A DNA stretch of 64,000 nt from an uncultured bacterium (GTDB lineage: Bacteria; Desulfobacterota_D; UBA1144; Nemesobacterales; UBA2774). The notes under the pieces are model-generated. The model saw only the letters and a list, made by a program, of their open reading frames with translations. It was not told the origin of the DNA and did not search any database. The stretch lies in assembly GCA_963705505.1 (NCBI GenBank), contig CAVPJU010000010.1:192001-256000 (forward strand), in the 5' to 3' direction. Shown piece by piece: positions 20,034-32,259 of the stretch (positions are counted from its first letter, which is position 1; each line of letters starts with the position of its first letter). The position numbers were made by a program, and so were the translations under genes.

Positions 20034-21265
20034 TGAGAAGAAGGGTAGCGGTTACGGGTATAGGACTCGTAACACCTCTGGGAATTGGGAATAAAGAGAC
20101 CTGGGATGCCGTCTGCGCTGGGCGCTCGGGCGTCAGAAAGATATCGAAATTCGACGCCGCCGAGCACAAGACGCAGATCGCCGCTGAAATTCACGGTTTT
20201 GATCCGGAGCTCTTCATGAACCCCAAGGAGGCGAGGAAGACGGATGCGTTCATACAGTATGCGGTCGCTTCCGCGAAGCTCGCGCTCGAGGATTCGGGGC
20301 TTGAAATAACCGATGAGCTCTCGCCGCGTACCGGCACGATCATAGGATCCGGTATAGGGGGAATGGAGACCTACGTCAATACCGTCCTCATGATGGCGGA
20401 AAAGGGTCCCGGCCGTCTGTCCCCGTTTTTCATTACGAATATTATCAATAACATGGCGGCGGGGTACGTTTCCATATTTTTCAACGCGAAGGGTCCCAAC
20501 TGCTGTACGACAACTGCGTGCGCGGCAAGCGCCCATGCCATAGGCTATGCGTCTATGGCGATAAGGAACGGCGAGGCCGACGTAATGTTTGCGGGCGGCA
20601 CGGAAGCCCCCATAATCCCGCTCACGTTCGCCGGGTTCAACGCCATGAGGGCGCTCTCGACGCGAAACGACGAGCCCGAGCGCGCCTCCCGGCCGTTTGA
20701 CCGGGAGAGGGACGGTTTTATAATCGGCGAGGGCTCCGGGATGCTTATACTCGAAGAGTTGGAATTCGCTAAGAAAAGAGGGGCGAGGATATACGCCGAG
20801 CTCGTCGGATACGGGATGAGCGGCGATGCGAGCCATATAACGGCTCCGTCCCTGGACGGTCCCGAGAGGTGCATGGAAGCGGCGCTTAAGGACGGCGGTA
20901 TAAACCGGGACGAAATAGAGTACATAAACGCGCACGGGACATCGACCCCTCTCAACGACTCTAACGAAACGAACGCCATCAAGAAGGTATTCGGGGAAAA
21001 GGCGTATAAGATTCCGGTCAGCTCGACAAAGTCTATGACGGGACACCTCCTGGGAGCCGCAGGCGCGGTCGAGTCCGCATTCACGGTCCTCGCGCTTGAC
21101 CGGGGCATACTGCCGCCGACAATGAACTACGAGATACCGGACCCCGAATGCGACCTCGATTACGTGCCCAACCAGGCGAGGAACGCCGCAATCAGGACGG
21201 CGCTCAGCAATTCATTCGGATTCGGCGGAACGAACGCCTCGCTAATCTTCAGAAAAATCGATTGA
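20033..21265 (+). CDS. fabF: 3-oxoacyl-ACP synthase II
   Basis: TACAA, NAHGTST, KSMTGHLLGAAG, SNSFGFGG. Confidence 0.97.
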   Translation: MRRRVAVTGIGLVTPLGIGNKETWDAVCAGRSGVRKISKFDAAEHKTQIAAEIHGFDPELFMNPKEARKTDAFIQYAVASAKLALEDSGLEITDELSPRTGTIIGSGIGGMETYVNTVLMMAEKGPGRLSPFFITNIINNMAAGYVSIFFNAKGPNCCTTTACAASAHAIGYASMAIRNGEADVMFAGGTEAPIIPLTFAGFNAMRALSTRNDEPERASRPFDRERDGFIIGEGSGMLILEELEFAKKRGARIYAELVGYGMSGDASHITAPSLDGPERCMEAALKDGGINRDEIEYINAHGTSTPLNDSNETNAIKKVFGEKAYKIPVSSTKSMTGHLLGAAGAVESAFTVLALDRGILPPTMNYEIPDPECDLDYVPNQARNAAIRTALSNSFGFGGTNASLIFRKID

Positions 21266-21493
21266 ATATCAGGACGTACACACTGATAATCACCACGTTA
21301 ACCGCTTTTTTTTAAAGTGTCCTCCGCACCCGCCGTCCCCCGGAGCCCAGTCCGAAAAACTCTTCCGTCTCGTCCCGTCCCGCCTTTCAAATTGACACAA
21401 ATTCAAGGGCCGTAACCAGCTTGATTTGTACTCATTCACCTGTACAATGATAGGGTAAACCTTCCGCTTAATCAGCAAGCTAAGGAGAATAGA

Positions 21494-24190
21494 ATGAGCG
21501 AGATCAACAATAGACTGAAAGCCCTTTCTACGCTTAAAACGAGCTCGGGCGAAGTCAAATTTTATTCTTTGAAATCCATAGAGAAAAAGCTGGGAAAGGA
21601 CATCTCCCGACTCCCGGTATCTATCAAAATTCTGCTAGAGAACGTTATCAGGAATTACGACGGCAGCATAATTAACGATAACCATCTGACCGCGCTCGCG
21701 GCATGGAGCCCCGAGAACGAAAACGCGGACGAGATTCCTTACTGTCCCGCGCGCGTAATTCTCCAGGACTTCACCGGGGTGCCCTGCGTCGTCGATCTTG
21801 CAGCCATGAGGACGGTCGTCAACAGGCTCGGAGGGAACCCCGACAAGATAAACCCGATAGTCCCCGTCGACCTCGTTATAGACCATTCGGTGCAGGTCGA
21901 CTATTTTGCGAACGACAAGGCTTTTCAATTAAACGTCGAGCGTGAATACGAGAGGAACGGCGAGAGGTACGCGTTTTTGAGATGGGCGCAGAAGGCATTC
22001 GACAATTTCAGGGTCGTCCCGCCCGGCACAGGTATAGTGCATCAGGTCAATCTGGAGTGCCTCGCAAGCGTCGTCTCCTCGACTAAGATAAACGGCTCGA
22101 CGGTCGCTTATCCCGACACGCTCGTCGGCACGGACTCGCACACAACCATGATCAACGGCCTGAGCGTCCTCGGATGGGGCGTCGGCGGCATCGAGGCGGA
22201 GGCGTGCATGCTCGGCCAGCCCCTATACATGCTCCTCCCGGACGTGATAGGTTTCAAGCTCCACGGCCAGCTCTCGGAAGGGGTTACGGCGACAGACCTC
22301 GTACTCACGGTGACGGAGATACTCAGGAAAAAAGGCGTAGTCGGAAAATTCGTCGAGTTCTACGGGCCCGGACTCAGCCAGCTCGCGCTCTCGGACAAAG
22401 CCACTATTGCAAACATGGCGCCCGAATACGGCGCGACCATGGGGTTCTTCCCGGTCGATGAAGAGACGCTCCTTTATCTGAAAATTACGGGAAGGGACAG
22501 GAAGCTCATAGAGCTCGTGGAGACATACACGAAAGAACAAGGACTCTTCAGGACGGACGAAACGCCCGACCCCGTTTATACGGACACGCTGGAGCTCGAC
22601 ATTTCTACAGTCGAGCCGTCGATGGCGGGACCGAGCAGGCCCCAGGACAGGGTCTCCCTCAAAGCGTTAAAGGAATCATACGAAAAAGTACTGGCAGCGA
22701 AGTCAGGCGGGGGGGACGGAAAGAACTTAAATAAAAGAGTCGAGGTAAAATTAGACGGCAGGACTGACGAGATCGGAAACGGTTCCGTCGCGATAGCGGC
22801 TATAACGAGCTGCACCAATACTTCTAACCCGTCCGTCATGGTGGCCTCGGGGCTTGTCGCGAAGAAAGCGGTTGAAAAGGGTCTTACGGTAAGTCCCACG
22901 GTTAAGACGAGCCTCGCCCCCGGCTCGAGAGTCGTGACCGACTACCTCGATGCCGCGGATTTAACGAAATATCTCGATAAGCTGGGCTTTGATCTCGTGG
23001 GCTACGGCTGTACGACGTGCATAGGCAATAGCGGCCCTCTCCCCGCGCCCGTGGAAGAAGCAATCAAGTCAAACGATCTCACATGCGCCGCCGTGCTGAG
23101 CGGGAACAGGAATTTCGAGGGCAGGGTGCACCCTCTCGTGAAATTCGCATACCTCGCTTCCCCGCCGCTCGTAGTGGCTTTCGCTCTCGCGGGTACTGTG
23201 GACATAGACGTTTACAAAGAGCCCATAGGCAAGGGGTCCGACGGCAAGCCGGTTTTCTTAAAGGATGTCTGGCCCTCTCAGAAAGAGATAAGGGAGACGG
23301 TGAACAGAGTCCTCAACCCGGAGATGTTCAGGGCTCAGTACGAACACGTTTTCGATGGGGACGAGACATGGCAATCCCTCGCCGTACCCGAGGGGAACCT
23401 CTACAAATGGGACGAGCATTCGACATATATACAGAACCCGACTTTCTTCCAGGACTTCTCCCTTGATCTCCCCGAGACTAAAGACATCAGGGGGGCATAC
23501 GCGCTCGCGCTGCTGGGCGATTCGATAACGACCGACCACATATCCCCGGCGGGCTCGATCCCCAAGGACGGCCCCGCGGGCAAGTACCTGATAGCGCACG
23601 GCGTCGAACCCAGGGATTTCAACAGCTTCGGGTCCCGGAGAGGCAACCACGAGGTGATGATCCGCGGCACCTTCGCAAATATCAGAATTAAAAACCTGAT
23701 GCTCCCGGGCGTCGAGGGCGGCCTCACCAGACACGTCCCCTCGGGCGAGCAGATGTCCATATTCGACGCATCGATGAAGTACCAGTCAGAAGGGATACCG
23801 CTCATCGTGATCGGCGGCAAAGAGTACGGCACCGGCAGCTCCCGCGACTGGGCGGCCAAAGGCACCGTATTGCTCGGCGTCAAAGCCGTCATCGCCGAAA
23901 GCTACGAAAGGATACATAGGAGCAATCTGGTCGGAATGGGTGTGCTCCCGCTCCAGTTCAAGGAGGGCGAGAACGCGCATACGTACGGACTCACCGGATA
24001 CGAGAGGTACGACATCGATGGCATTACGAAGGATCTTAAACACGGAAAGGATATCCCCGTCAGGGTTACACGCGAGGGAGGGGATAATTTTACGTTTAAC
24101 GCAGTATGCCGTCTGGACAGTCCGATTGAGGTCGAATATTATAAAAATGGCGGAATACTTCAAACGGTGTTGAGGCAGATGATGAAGTGA
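21494..24190 (+). CDS. acnA: Aconitate hydratase A
   Basis: [54 protein letters not shown]. Confidence 0.97.
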   Translation: MSEINNRLKALSTLKTSSGEVKFYSLKSIEKKLGKDISRLPVSIKILLENVIRNYDGSIINDNHLTALAAWSPENENADEIPYCPARVILQDFTGVPCVVDLAAMRTVVNRLGGNPDKINPIVPVDLVIDHSVQVDYFANDKAFQLNVEREYERNGERYAFLRWAQKAFDNFRVVPPGTGIVHQVNLECLASVVSSTKINGSTVAYPDTLVGTDSHTTMINGLSVLGWGVGGIEAEACMLGQPLYMLLPDVIGFKLHGQLSEGVTATDLVLTVTEILRKKGVVGKFVEFYGPGLSQLALSDKATIANMAPEYGATMGFFPVDEETLLYLKITGRDRKLIELVETYTKEQGLFRTDETPDPVYTDTLELDISTVEPSMAGPSRPQDRVSLKALKESYEKVLAAKSGGGDGKNLNKRVEVKLDGRTDEIGNGSVAIAAITSCTNTSNPSVMVASGLVAKKAVEKGLTVSPTVKTSLAPGSRVVTDYLDAADLTKYLDKLGFDLVGYGCTTCIGNSGPLPAPVEEAIKSNDLTCAAVLSGNRNFEGRVHPLVKFAYLASPPLVVAFALAGTVDIDVYKEPIGKGSDGKPVFLKDVWPSQKEIRETVNRVLNPEMFRAQYEHVFDGDETWQSLAVPEGNLYKWDEHSTYIQNPTFFQDFSLDLPETKDIRGAYALALLGDSITTDHISPAGSIPKDGPAGKYLIAHGVEPRDFNSFGSRRGNHEVMIRGTFANIRIKNLMLPGVEGGLTRHVPSGEQMSIFDASMKYQSEGIPLIVIGGKEYGTGSSRDWAAKGTVLLGVKAVIAESYERIHRSNLVGMGVLPLQFKEGENAHTYGLTGYERYDIDGITKDLKHGKDIPVRVTREGGDNFTFNAVCRLDSPIEVEYYKNGGILQTVLRQMMK

Positions 24191-24359
24191 CAATTAATCA
24201 AATTCCGTCTGAGCGGTGCGTGACTAATTCATTTAATCATTCTCATGAAATTACGAAGTGTGCAATCCCGATAATAAAGCTTTATACGCTTTAATTATTT
24301 GAATTTTGGGTGTTTATTAATTATATTTCAGTCCAAATTTTTCAACAGGAGCCGTAACG

Positions 24360-25613
24360 ATGTCATCCGCAAAACCTAGTGTGGGACAGAAAATTAAAAT
24401 AGACAAAAAGAATGAATCTCTCATAGTCCCCGACAACCCTATTATCCCTTTCATCGAGGGAGACGGCACGGGACCCGATATATGGAAGGCGTCCCAGATC
24501 GTTTTCGACGCCGCCGTGGAGAAGGCATATAAAGGCAAGAGGAAGGTAATATGGCGCGAGGTGCTCACGGGGGAAAAGGCTTTCAACCTCAAGGGCGAAT
24601 GGCTGCCGGAGGAAACTCTCCGGGATCTGAAAGAATACACCGTTTCTATTAAAGGTCCCCTCACCACGCCCATAGGCGGAGGGATAAGGAGCCTGAACGT
24701 GGCACTCAGACAGATGCTCGATCTGTACGCCTGCGTACGCCCCGTGCGGTATATAAAAGGGACGCCGTCCCCTATCAAGAAGCCCCAGGATATGGACATG
24801 ATCATATTCAGGGAGAACACCGAAGACGTATATTCCGGGATAGAATGGCAGAGCGGATCGAAAGAGGCGATAGATATCAGGAATTACCTCGTTGATAAGT
24901 ACGGTGTGAACATAAGGGAAGGCTCGGGAATCGGCATAAAGCCGATAAGCCCCTTCGGCACTAAGAGGCTCGTAAGAAAGGCGCTGAAACACGCGATCGA
25001 AAAGGGGAAGGAGAGCGTCACTATCGTGCACAAAGGGAATATCATGAAGTTCACGGAAGGCGCCTTCAGAGACTGGGGTTACGAGATCGCGAAGGAAGAA
25101 TTCCCGAACCAGGTGATAACGGAAGACAATCTCTGGGATAAATACAACGGTAAAAGGCCCGAGGGGATAGTCGTATTAAACGACAGAATAGCCGACAACA
25201 TGCTTCAGCAGATTCTGACGAGGACAAGGGAATACCACGTGATCGCGACAGCGAACCTGAACGGCGACTACCTCTCCGACGCTTGCGCAGCGCAGGTGGG
25301 CGGTCTCGGAATGGCCCCCGGCGGCAACATCGGGGATTACCTCGCGCTCTTCGAAGCGACTCACGGGACTGCTCCCAAATACGCAGGACAGGACAGGGTA
25401 AACCCCGGTTCGCTGATATTGTCGGGCGAGATGATGTTCGAATACATGGGCTGGCACGAAGCCGCCGACCTCATAGTCAAAGCCATGGAGATTACGATAC
25501 TCGACAAGACGGTCACTTACGACCTCGAGCGTCAGCTTGAGGGAGCGAAGCTTCTCAAGTGCTCGGAGTTCGGCGAGGCGATAGCCGCCAATATGGACAG
25601 GGTTCTGGTTTAG
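24360..25613 (+). CDS. icd: Isocitrate dehydrogenase (dimeric, E. coli type; probably NADP-dependent)
   Basis: [48 protein letters not shown]. Confidence 0.96.
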   Translation: MSSAKPSVGQKIKIDKKNESLIVPDNPIIPFIEGDGTGPDIWKASQIVFDAAVEKAYKGKRKVIWREVLTGEKAFNLKGEWLPEETLRDLKEYTVSIKGPLTTPIGGGIRSLNVALRQMLDLYACVRPVRYIKGTPSPIKKPQDMDMIIFRENTEDVYSGIEWQSGSKEAIDIRNYLVDKYGVNIREGSGIGIKPISPFGTKRLVRKALKHAIEKGKESVTIVHKGNIMKFTEGAFRDWGYEIAKEEFPNQVITEDNLWDKYNGKRPEGIVVLNDRIADNMLQQILTRTREYHVIATANLNGDYLSDACAAQVGGLGMAPGGNIGDYLALFEATHGTAPKYAGQDRVNPGSLILSGEMMFEYMGWHEAADLIVKAMEITILDKTVTYDLERQLEGAKLLKCSEFGEAIAANMDRVLV

Positions 25614-25666
25614 CGGTACATCAATTTCGGAAATATCCGGGAAACAGATACCAACAATAATAATGA

Positions 25667-26629
<963 letters not shown>

Positions 26630-26774
26630 GAGAAATCACGGCCCGTTCGGGATATCCTGCGGCTTGACTAGCTCCGGTCATTTATATAATATTACAAGCC
26701 AATTATCCGAGTCGTTAATAAAAAGCCCGTGACAACAAAATTCATGTACTGAAAAAACCTAGGGAGGTACCGAG

Positions 26775-27506
26775 ATGGCAAACGGAACCGCGCAGAGCGC
26801 AATGACATTGAGGCGGGACACGTGGTGGGTCGCTCCCCTCGTCACAGCGATCGTGCTTGGCTCTTTCGGCATTTATTCCACCTGGCGAGCGTTCTCCAAC
26901 GCGGACTTCGTGTATGGACCTTACCTTTCCCCTTTTTATTCCCCATACATACTCGCTTCCTGGTGGCCGTTCTCACCCGCGTTACTCATACTGTGGGCGC
27001 CTCTCGGATTCAGGGCTACGTGCTATTATTACAGGAAGGCATATTACAGGTCGTTCTTCCTATCCCCGCCCGCATGCGCCGTGCGTCCCATGTCGAAGGA
27101 AGGCTCGTATTCGGGAGAAACGAAGTTCCCGTTCATAATCCAGAACATCCACCGCTATTTCTTCTATGCGGCAACTGTAGTTCTCTTCTTCCTCTGGGTG
27201 GACGCGTTTAAAGCACTCAAATTCGAAGACGGGTTCGGAGTCGGAGTGGGTACGCTCGTGCTTTTCGCGAACGCCACACTCCTCAGCTTTTATTCACTGG
27301 GATGCCACTCGTTCCGCCACCTTATCGGCGGGAATCTCGATGTTTTCTCAAAATGCCCTACGCGCTTCATGCTATGGGGTAAGGCAAGCGCCTTCAACGA
27401 GCACCACATGCTATGGGCATGGGTAAGCCTCTTCGGCGTAGCACTTGCCGACCTATACATAATGCTGCTCGCAAGGGGCGTTATCACAGACGTGAGGTTA
27501 ATATAA
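26775..27506 (+). CDS. Succinate dehydrogenase membrane subunit of the mycobacterial Sdh1 (Rv0249c-like) type
   Basis: Multi-TM protein with FRATCYYYRKAYYR, PPAC, QNIHRYF and GCHSFRH; directly upstream of the flavoprotein gene. Confidence 0.8.
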   Translation: MANGTAQSAMTLRRDTWWVAPLVTAIVLGSFGIYSTWRAFSNADFVYGPYLSPFYSPYILASWWPFSPALLILWAPLGFRATCYYYRKAYYRSFFLSPPACAVRPMSKEGSYSGETKFPFIIQNIHRYFFYAATVVLFFLWVDAFKALKFEDGFGVGVGTLVLFANATLLSFYSLGCHSFRHLIGGNLDVFSKCPTRFMLWGKASAFNEHHMLWAWVSLFGVALADLYIMLLARGVITDVRLI

Positions 27507-29234
27507 ATGGAGAAGTTTGAAACACATACGCACGACGTTATTATAATCGGCGCAGGAGGCGCGGGACTCAGGGCCGCGATCGAGGCATCCGCACAGGGAG
27601 CCTCAGTCGGGCTCGTCTGCAAGTCCCTCCTGGGCAAAGCCCACACGGTCATGGCCGAGGGGGGCGTAGCCGCCGCTCTCGCCAACGTCGACACGAACGA
27701 CGACTGGAAGGTCCACTTCCACGACACGATGCACGGCGGGAAGATGCTCAATAACTGGCGCATGGCGCAGATGCACGCACAGGAGGCGCCCGACCGCGTG
27801 AGGGAGCTCGAGCACTGGGGCGCTCTATTCGACAGGACGAAGGACGGAAAGATAATGCAGAGGGCATTCGGCGGCCACACCTGGAAAAGACTCGCCCACG
27901 TGGGAGACAGGACCGGGCTCGAGATGATCCGCACGCTCCAGGACAAAGGCATACACTCCGGCATAGACGTATACATGGAATGCACTATTACCCATCTGTT
28001 AAAGGACGGTGAAAGGATATCGGGCGCGTTCGGCTACTGGAGAGAGAGCGGCAGGTTCGTCCTCTTCAAGTCAAAAGCCGTAGTACTCGCGACGGGCGGC
28101 ATCGGGAAGTCTTACAAAGTGACATCGAACTCATGGGAATACACGGGGGACGGACACTCGCTCGCCTATGACGCGGGAGCCGAGCTTATCGACATGGAAT
28201 TCGTACAGTTCCACCCGACCGGAATGGTATGGCCCCCGAGCGTAAAGGGCTTACTCGTCACGGAGGCCGTGAGGGGCGAGGGCGGTTTACTTACCAACAG
28301 AAACGGCGAAAGGTTCATGGAAAAATACGACCCCGAGAGGATGGAGCTCTCGACCAGGGACGTCGTCGCAAGGTCCATTTATATCGAAGTCCAGGAAGGA
28401 CGCGGCACACCCCACGGCGGAGCGTACCTCGATATCTCGCACAGGGGCGCAGAATACGTTAAGAAGAAACTCCCGAGCATGTACCACCAGTTCATGGAGT
28501 TCGCGGAGATAGACATAACTAAAGAGCCCATGGAAGTGTTCCCGACCACACACTACATGATGGGCGGAGTCCGCGTCGACGCCGATACCACGGGGAGCAC
28601 GGTGCCCGGATTATTCGCGGCCGGAGAGGTCGCGGGCGGCATGCACGGAGCGAACAGGCTGGGCGGGAACTCGCTCTCGGACCTCCTCGTATTCGGAAGG
28701 AGGGCGGGTCTCGGCGCAGCTCAGTACGCTAACGAGCTCCGCGACAACGCGCTCAAGATAGACGACGTCGATCTCGAAAAGGCCGCTCAAGAGATGCTGA
28801 GGCCCTTTGAGAACGCGGAAGGCGAAAACCCCTACACCGTGCATCAGGCCCTACAGGAGGCTATGAGCTCTTATGTGGGCGTATTCAGAACGAAGGAAAA
28901 ACTAGCAGAAGGGCTCGAAGAGATACAGGTGCTCAAAGACAGGGCTTCACAGATGAGGATCGAAGGCTCGCGGATGTACAACCCCGGCTGGCACCTCTGC
29001 AAAGACCTGAAATCGATGCTTATCGTTTCCGAGGCCATTGCGAAATCCGCTCACCAGAGGGAAGAGAGCAGGGGCGCCCACAGCAGGGTGGATTTCCCCA
29101 AGTACGACAATGAAAAATGGGCGAACGTGAACTCGGTAATTTCCAAAGATAACGGGACAATGAAAATAGGAACATCCCCGCTTCCTCAAATGCCCGAGGA
29201 GCTGAGGAAGATCGTAGAGGGAGGTCACAAATAA
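27507..29234 (+). CDS. sdhA: Succinate dehydrogenase/fumarate reductase flavoprotein
   Basis: GAGGAG, AHTVMAEGG (covalent-FAD His), QFHPT, HGANRLGGNSL, ESRGAH. Confidence 0.93.
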   Translation: MEKFETHTHDVIIIGAGGAGLRAAIEASAQGASVGLVCKSLLGKAHTVMAEGGVAAALANVDTNDDWKVHFHDTMHGGKMLNNWRMAQMHAQEAPDRVRELEHWGALFDRTKDGKIMQRAFGGHTWKRLAHVGDRTGLEMIRTLQDKGIHSGIDVYMECTITHLLKDGERISGAFGYWRESGRFVLFKSKAVVLATGGIGKSYKVTSNSWEYTGDGHSLAYDAGAELIDMEFVQFHPTGMVWPPSVKGLLVTEAVRGEGGLLTNRNGERFMEKYDPERMELSTRDVVARSIYIEVQEGRGTPHGGAYLDISHRGAEYVKKKLPSMYHQFMEFAEIDITKEPMEVFPTTHYMMGGVRVDADTTGSTVPGLFAAGEVAGGMHGANRLGGNSLSDLLVFGRRAGLGAAQYANELRDNALKIDDVDLEKAAQEMLRPFENAEGENPYTVHQALQEAMSSYVGVFRTKEKLAEGLEEIQVLKDRASQMRIEGSRMYNPGWHLCKDLKSMLIVSEAIAKSAHQREESRGAHSRVDFPKYDNEKWANVNSVISKDNGTMKIGTSPLPQMPEELRKIVEGGHK

Positions 29235-29975
29235 ATGGCTGTCGTTAAAATGCGAGTGTACCGGGGCGACTCTAACGGGGGCAGTGAGAAGGAATACGAA
29301 GTGCCGCTTGAGGAAGGGATGGTCGTCCTCGACGCCATTCATTTCATCCAGGCCAATTACGACGGAGACCTGGCCGTGAGATGGAACTGCAAGGCCGCCA
29401 AATGCGGTTCATGCAGCGCTGAGATCAACGGCATGCCCAAGCTGACCTGCAAGACCAGGCTCGATACGCTCCCCCTCGATAAACCCGTAACGGTATATCC
29501 GGTCAAGACGTTCCCGATTATTAAAGACCTCGTGACCGACGTGTCCTGGAACTATAAGGTGAGAAAAATGATACCCCCTTTCACTCCGGCAAAGGACACA
29601 AAATGGATCATGTATCAGGAAGACGTCGAAAGGGGCCAGGAGTTCCGTAAATGCATCGAGTGCTTCCTCTGCCAGAACGTATGCCATGTCCTGAGAAACC
29701 ACGATAAAAAGAACGAATTCTTCGGCCCCAGAATGTTTATAAAAATGGCCGAGTTCGAAATGCACCCCCTCGACACGGCTGACCGCAAGGAGATGCTGAG
29801 GAACCAGGCGGGGATCGGATACTGCAATATTACAAAATGCTGCACGGAAGTGTGTCCCGAGCATATACATATAACCGACAACGCGATAATTCCCCTGAAA
29901 GAGAGGGTAGCCGATACCTATTTCGATCCGCTTCAGTGGCTGCTCGACAAATTCAAGGGAAGCCCGAAACAGTAA
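29235..29975 (+). CDS. sdhB: Succinate dehydrogenase/fumarate reductase iron-sulfur subunit
   Basis: [33 protein letters not shown]. Confidence 0.93.
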   Translation: MAVVKMRVYRGDSNGGSEKEYEVPLEEGMVVLDAIHFIQANYDGDLAVRWNCKAAKCGSCSAEINGMPKLTCKTRLDTLPLDKPVTVYPVKTFPIIKDLVTDVSWNYKVRKMIPPFTPAKDTKWIMYQEDVERGQEFRKCIECFLCQNVCHVLRNHDKKNEFFGPRMFIKMAEFEMHPLDTADRKEMLRNQAGIGYCNITKCCTEVCPEHIHITDNAIIPLKERVADTYFDPLQWLLDKFKGSPKQ

Positions 29976-30001
29976 CGCAGTCAGTCACAGGAGGATTTAC
30001 A

Positions 30002-31168
30002 GTGAATATCCATGAGTACCAGGCCAAGGAGCTTCTTTCCCAATACGGAGTAGCCGTACCCACAGGAAAGGTCGCGTTCCACCATGACGAAGCTCACCAG
30101 ATAGCAAAGGACCTGAACGTCGGGAAGTTCGTCATAAAGGCGCAGATTCACGCCGGGGGGAGAGGGAAGGGCGGAGGCGTCAAGCTCGCGACCACACTTG
30201 AGGACGTGAGACAGATCGCGTCCGAGATACTGGGCATGATACTCGTTACCCACCAGACCGGTCCGGAAGGGAAGCTAGTGCAGAAAGTCCTCGTTGAGGA
30301 AGCGTCGGACATCGAGAAGGAGCTGTATCTCGGCATGGTCATAGACAGGGCAAAGGAGCAGATAGTCATAATGGCGAGCCGCGAAGGCGGTATGGAAATC
30401 GAAGAGGTCGCAAGGAAGCACCCGGGAAAAATAACCAGGGAATACGTCGACCCCACAGTCGGCCTCCTGCCTTATCAATGCAGAAAAATCGCGTATTTCC
30501 TCGGACTCGAAGGCAAGACGGTCAACAAGGCCGTCAAATTCATCTCGGGCCTCTACCAGCTGTTCACGGAAAAGGACTGCTCGCTCGCCGAGATAAACCC
30601 GCTGATACTGACAAAGAGCGGGGACGTGCTGGCGCTTGACGCGAAGATGAATTTCGACGACAACGCCCTCTTCAGACACCCCGATATAGAAAAGCTCCAC
30701 GACCCCTCCGAAGAAGACCCGACCGAGCTCGAGGCGAAGAAATGGGGAATAAGCTACGTAAAGCTCGAGGGCAACATAGGCTGTCTCGTGAACGGAGCCG
30801 GTCTCGCCATGTCCACCATGGACATAATCAAGCACCACGGCGGTGAGCCCGCGAACTTCCTCGACGTAGGCGGGGGAGCGAATACGGAGCAGGTTACACA
30901 GGCATTCAAGATGATACTGAGCGACCCTAACGTCAAAGCCATATTCGTTAACATATTCGGCGGGATCATGAAATGCGACACGATCGCCGAAGGCATCGTC
31001 ACCGCGGCAAAAGAGGTGGGTCTGAGCGTCCCGCTCGTCGTCAGGCTCGAAGGGACGAACGTCGATCTCGGAAGAAAAATGCTTTCGAAATCGGGACTTA
31101 ACATCATAACGGGCGGCGATATGAGGGAAGCTGCCGCAAAAGTGGTCGAAGCCGCCAAAGCCGGTTAA
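30002..31168 (+). CDS. sucC: Succinyl-CoA ligase beta subunit
   Basis: GTG start after [51 protein letters not shown]. Confidence 0.93.
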   Translation: MNIHEYQAKELLSQYGVAVPTGKVAFHHDEAHQIAKDLNVGKFVIKAQIHAGGRGKGGGVKLATTLEDVRQIASEILGMILVTHQTGPEGKLVQKVLVEEASDIEKELYLGMVIDRAKEQIVIMASREGGMEIEEVARKHPGKITREYVDPTVGLLPYQCRKIAYFLGLEGKTVNKAVKFISGLYQLFTEKDCSLAEINPLILTKSGDVLALDAKMNFDDNALFRHPDIEKLHDPSEEDPTELEAKKWGISYVKLEGNIGCLVNGAGLAMSTMDIIKHHGGEPANFLDVGGGANTEQVTQAFKMILSDPNVKAIFVNIFGGIMKCDTIAEGIVTAAKEVGLSVPLVVRLEGTNVDLGRKMLSKSGLNIITGGDMREAAAKVVEAAKAG

Positions 31169-31360
31169 TTACAATCCGCAGCGCATATGCCGTTAAAGCG
31201 TACAGGCGTCGGCTACCTCCTCCCGAAATTTAAGAAAAACTTAAACAATTAAAAGCTAAACACCCAATAATAATAGAATAATATATTTGCGCGCTCGAAG
31301 TTTGACCCCCTTGACATTTCTCCGATGATGATTAATTTTCAAAAAGGAGGATTAAACTAG

Positions 31361-32240
31361 ATGAAAGCAGTGGCAGTCAGGGAACCAATGGGTATTTTCT
31401 TGAGGGAAATAGAAAAATACCCGGTTTTAACAAAAGACGAAGAATACAGCCTCGCGGTCAGATATTATGAGGAAAACGACCTGGAAGCGGCTAACGAGCT
31501 TGTTGTATCAAACCTCAGGTTCGTCGTAAAGATAGCTTCCGAATACATTTCGTACGGTTTTCCTCTGAGCGACCTCGTTCAGGAAGGCACGATAGGGCTG
31601 ATGAAGGCTGTTAAAAAATTCAACCCTTACAAGGGTTACAGGCTGATTTCATACGCCGTATGGTGGATCAGGGCCAAGATTCAGAACCACATAATGAAAT
31701 TCTGGAGCCATGTGAAAATAGGAACCACGCAGGCCCAGCGGAAACTCTTCCACAAGATAGGAAGGGCGAAGAAGGACCTCAACATCCGGCACGACGAATT
31801 GACGGAATCGGACATCAGGAAGGTAGCAGAATTATTCGGCGTAAAGGACAAGGACGTTATGGATATGGAATTCAGAATGGCGTCCCGGGACTTCTCGCTC
31901 GATACCTCGTTCGGTGACGACGATTCCATAACGTATCTAGACGCCGTTTCCGACGGTCATTCCAGCCAGGAAGAGGTGCTTCGAATCTTTAGAGCAATCG
32001 GAGCTCGCACGCGAAGGTCTCAAGGCGGGTTTAAATAAGCTGTCCCCCCGCGAGAAACGCGTCATAGAGCGGAGGTATCTCTCGAACCCGCAGGGTAAAT
32101 TGAGAGAGCTCGGGGACGAGCTGGGCATTTCCAAGGAAAGAGTAAGGCAAATAGAAGTTCAGGCTCTTAAAAAGCTGAGAGGCGAGGTCGAGACTTCGGT
32201 AACTCAGGGTAACGCATACGATACGGAAAACAGAACATAA
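31361..32240 (+). CDS. rpoH: Heat-shock sigma factor RpoH (sigma-32-like); frameshifted near 31980
   Basis: Region 2 ([28 protein letters not shown]) and RpoH-box-like TTQAQRKLF. Region 4 ([30 protein letters not shown]) continues in the +1 frame to TAA 32238-32240. Confidence 0.85.
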
Positions 32241-32259
32241 AGATCAGGAGGCAAAGCAA

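Noticed and set aside
29837..30001. Upstream extensions in the ORF track (sucC 29837, mtaB 340, cdsA 53804, VWA 4774, thrC 43421, grpE 38115)
   Set aside because: They overlap neighbouring genes or promoters; family N-termini and RBS positions support the later starts used.
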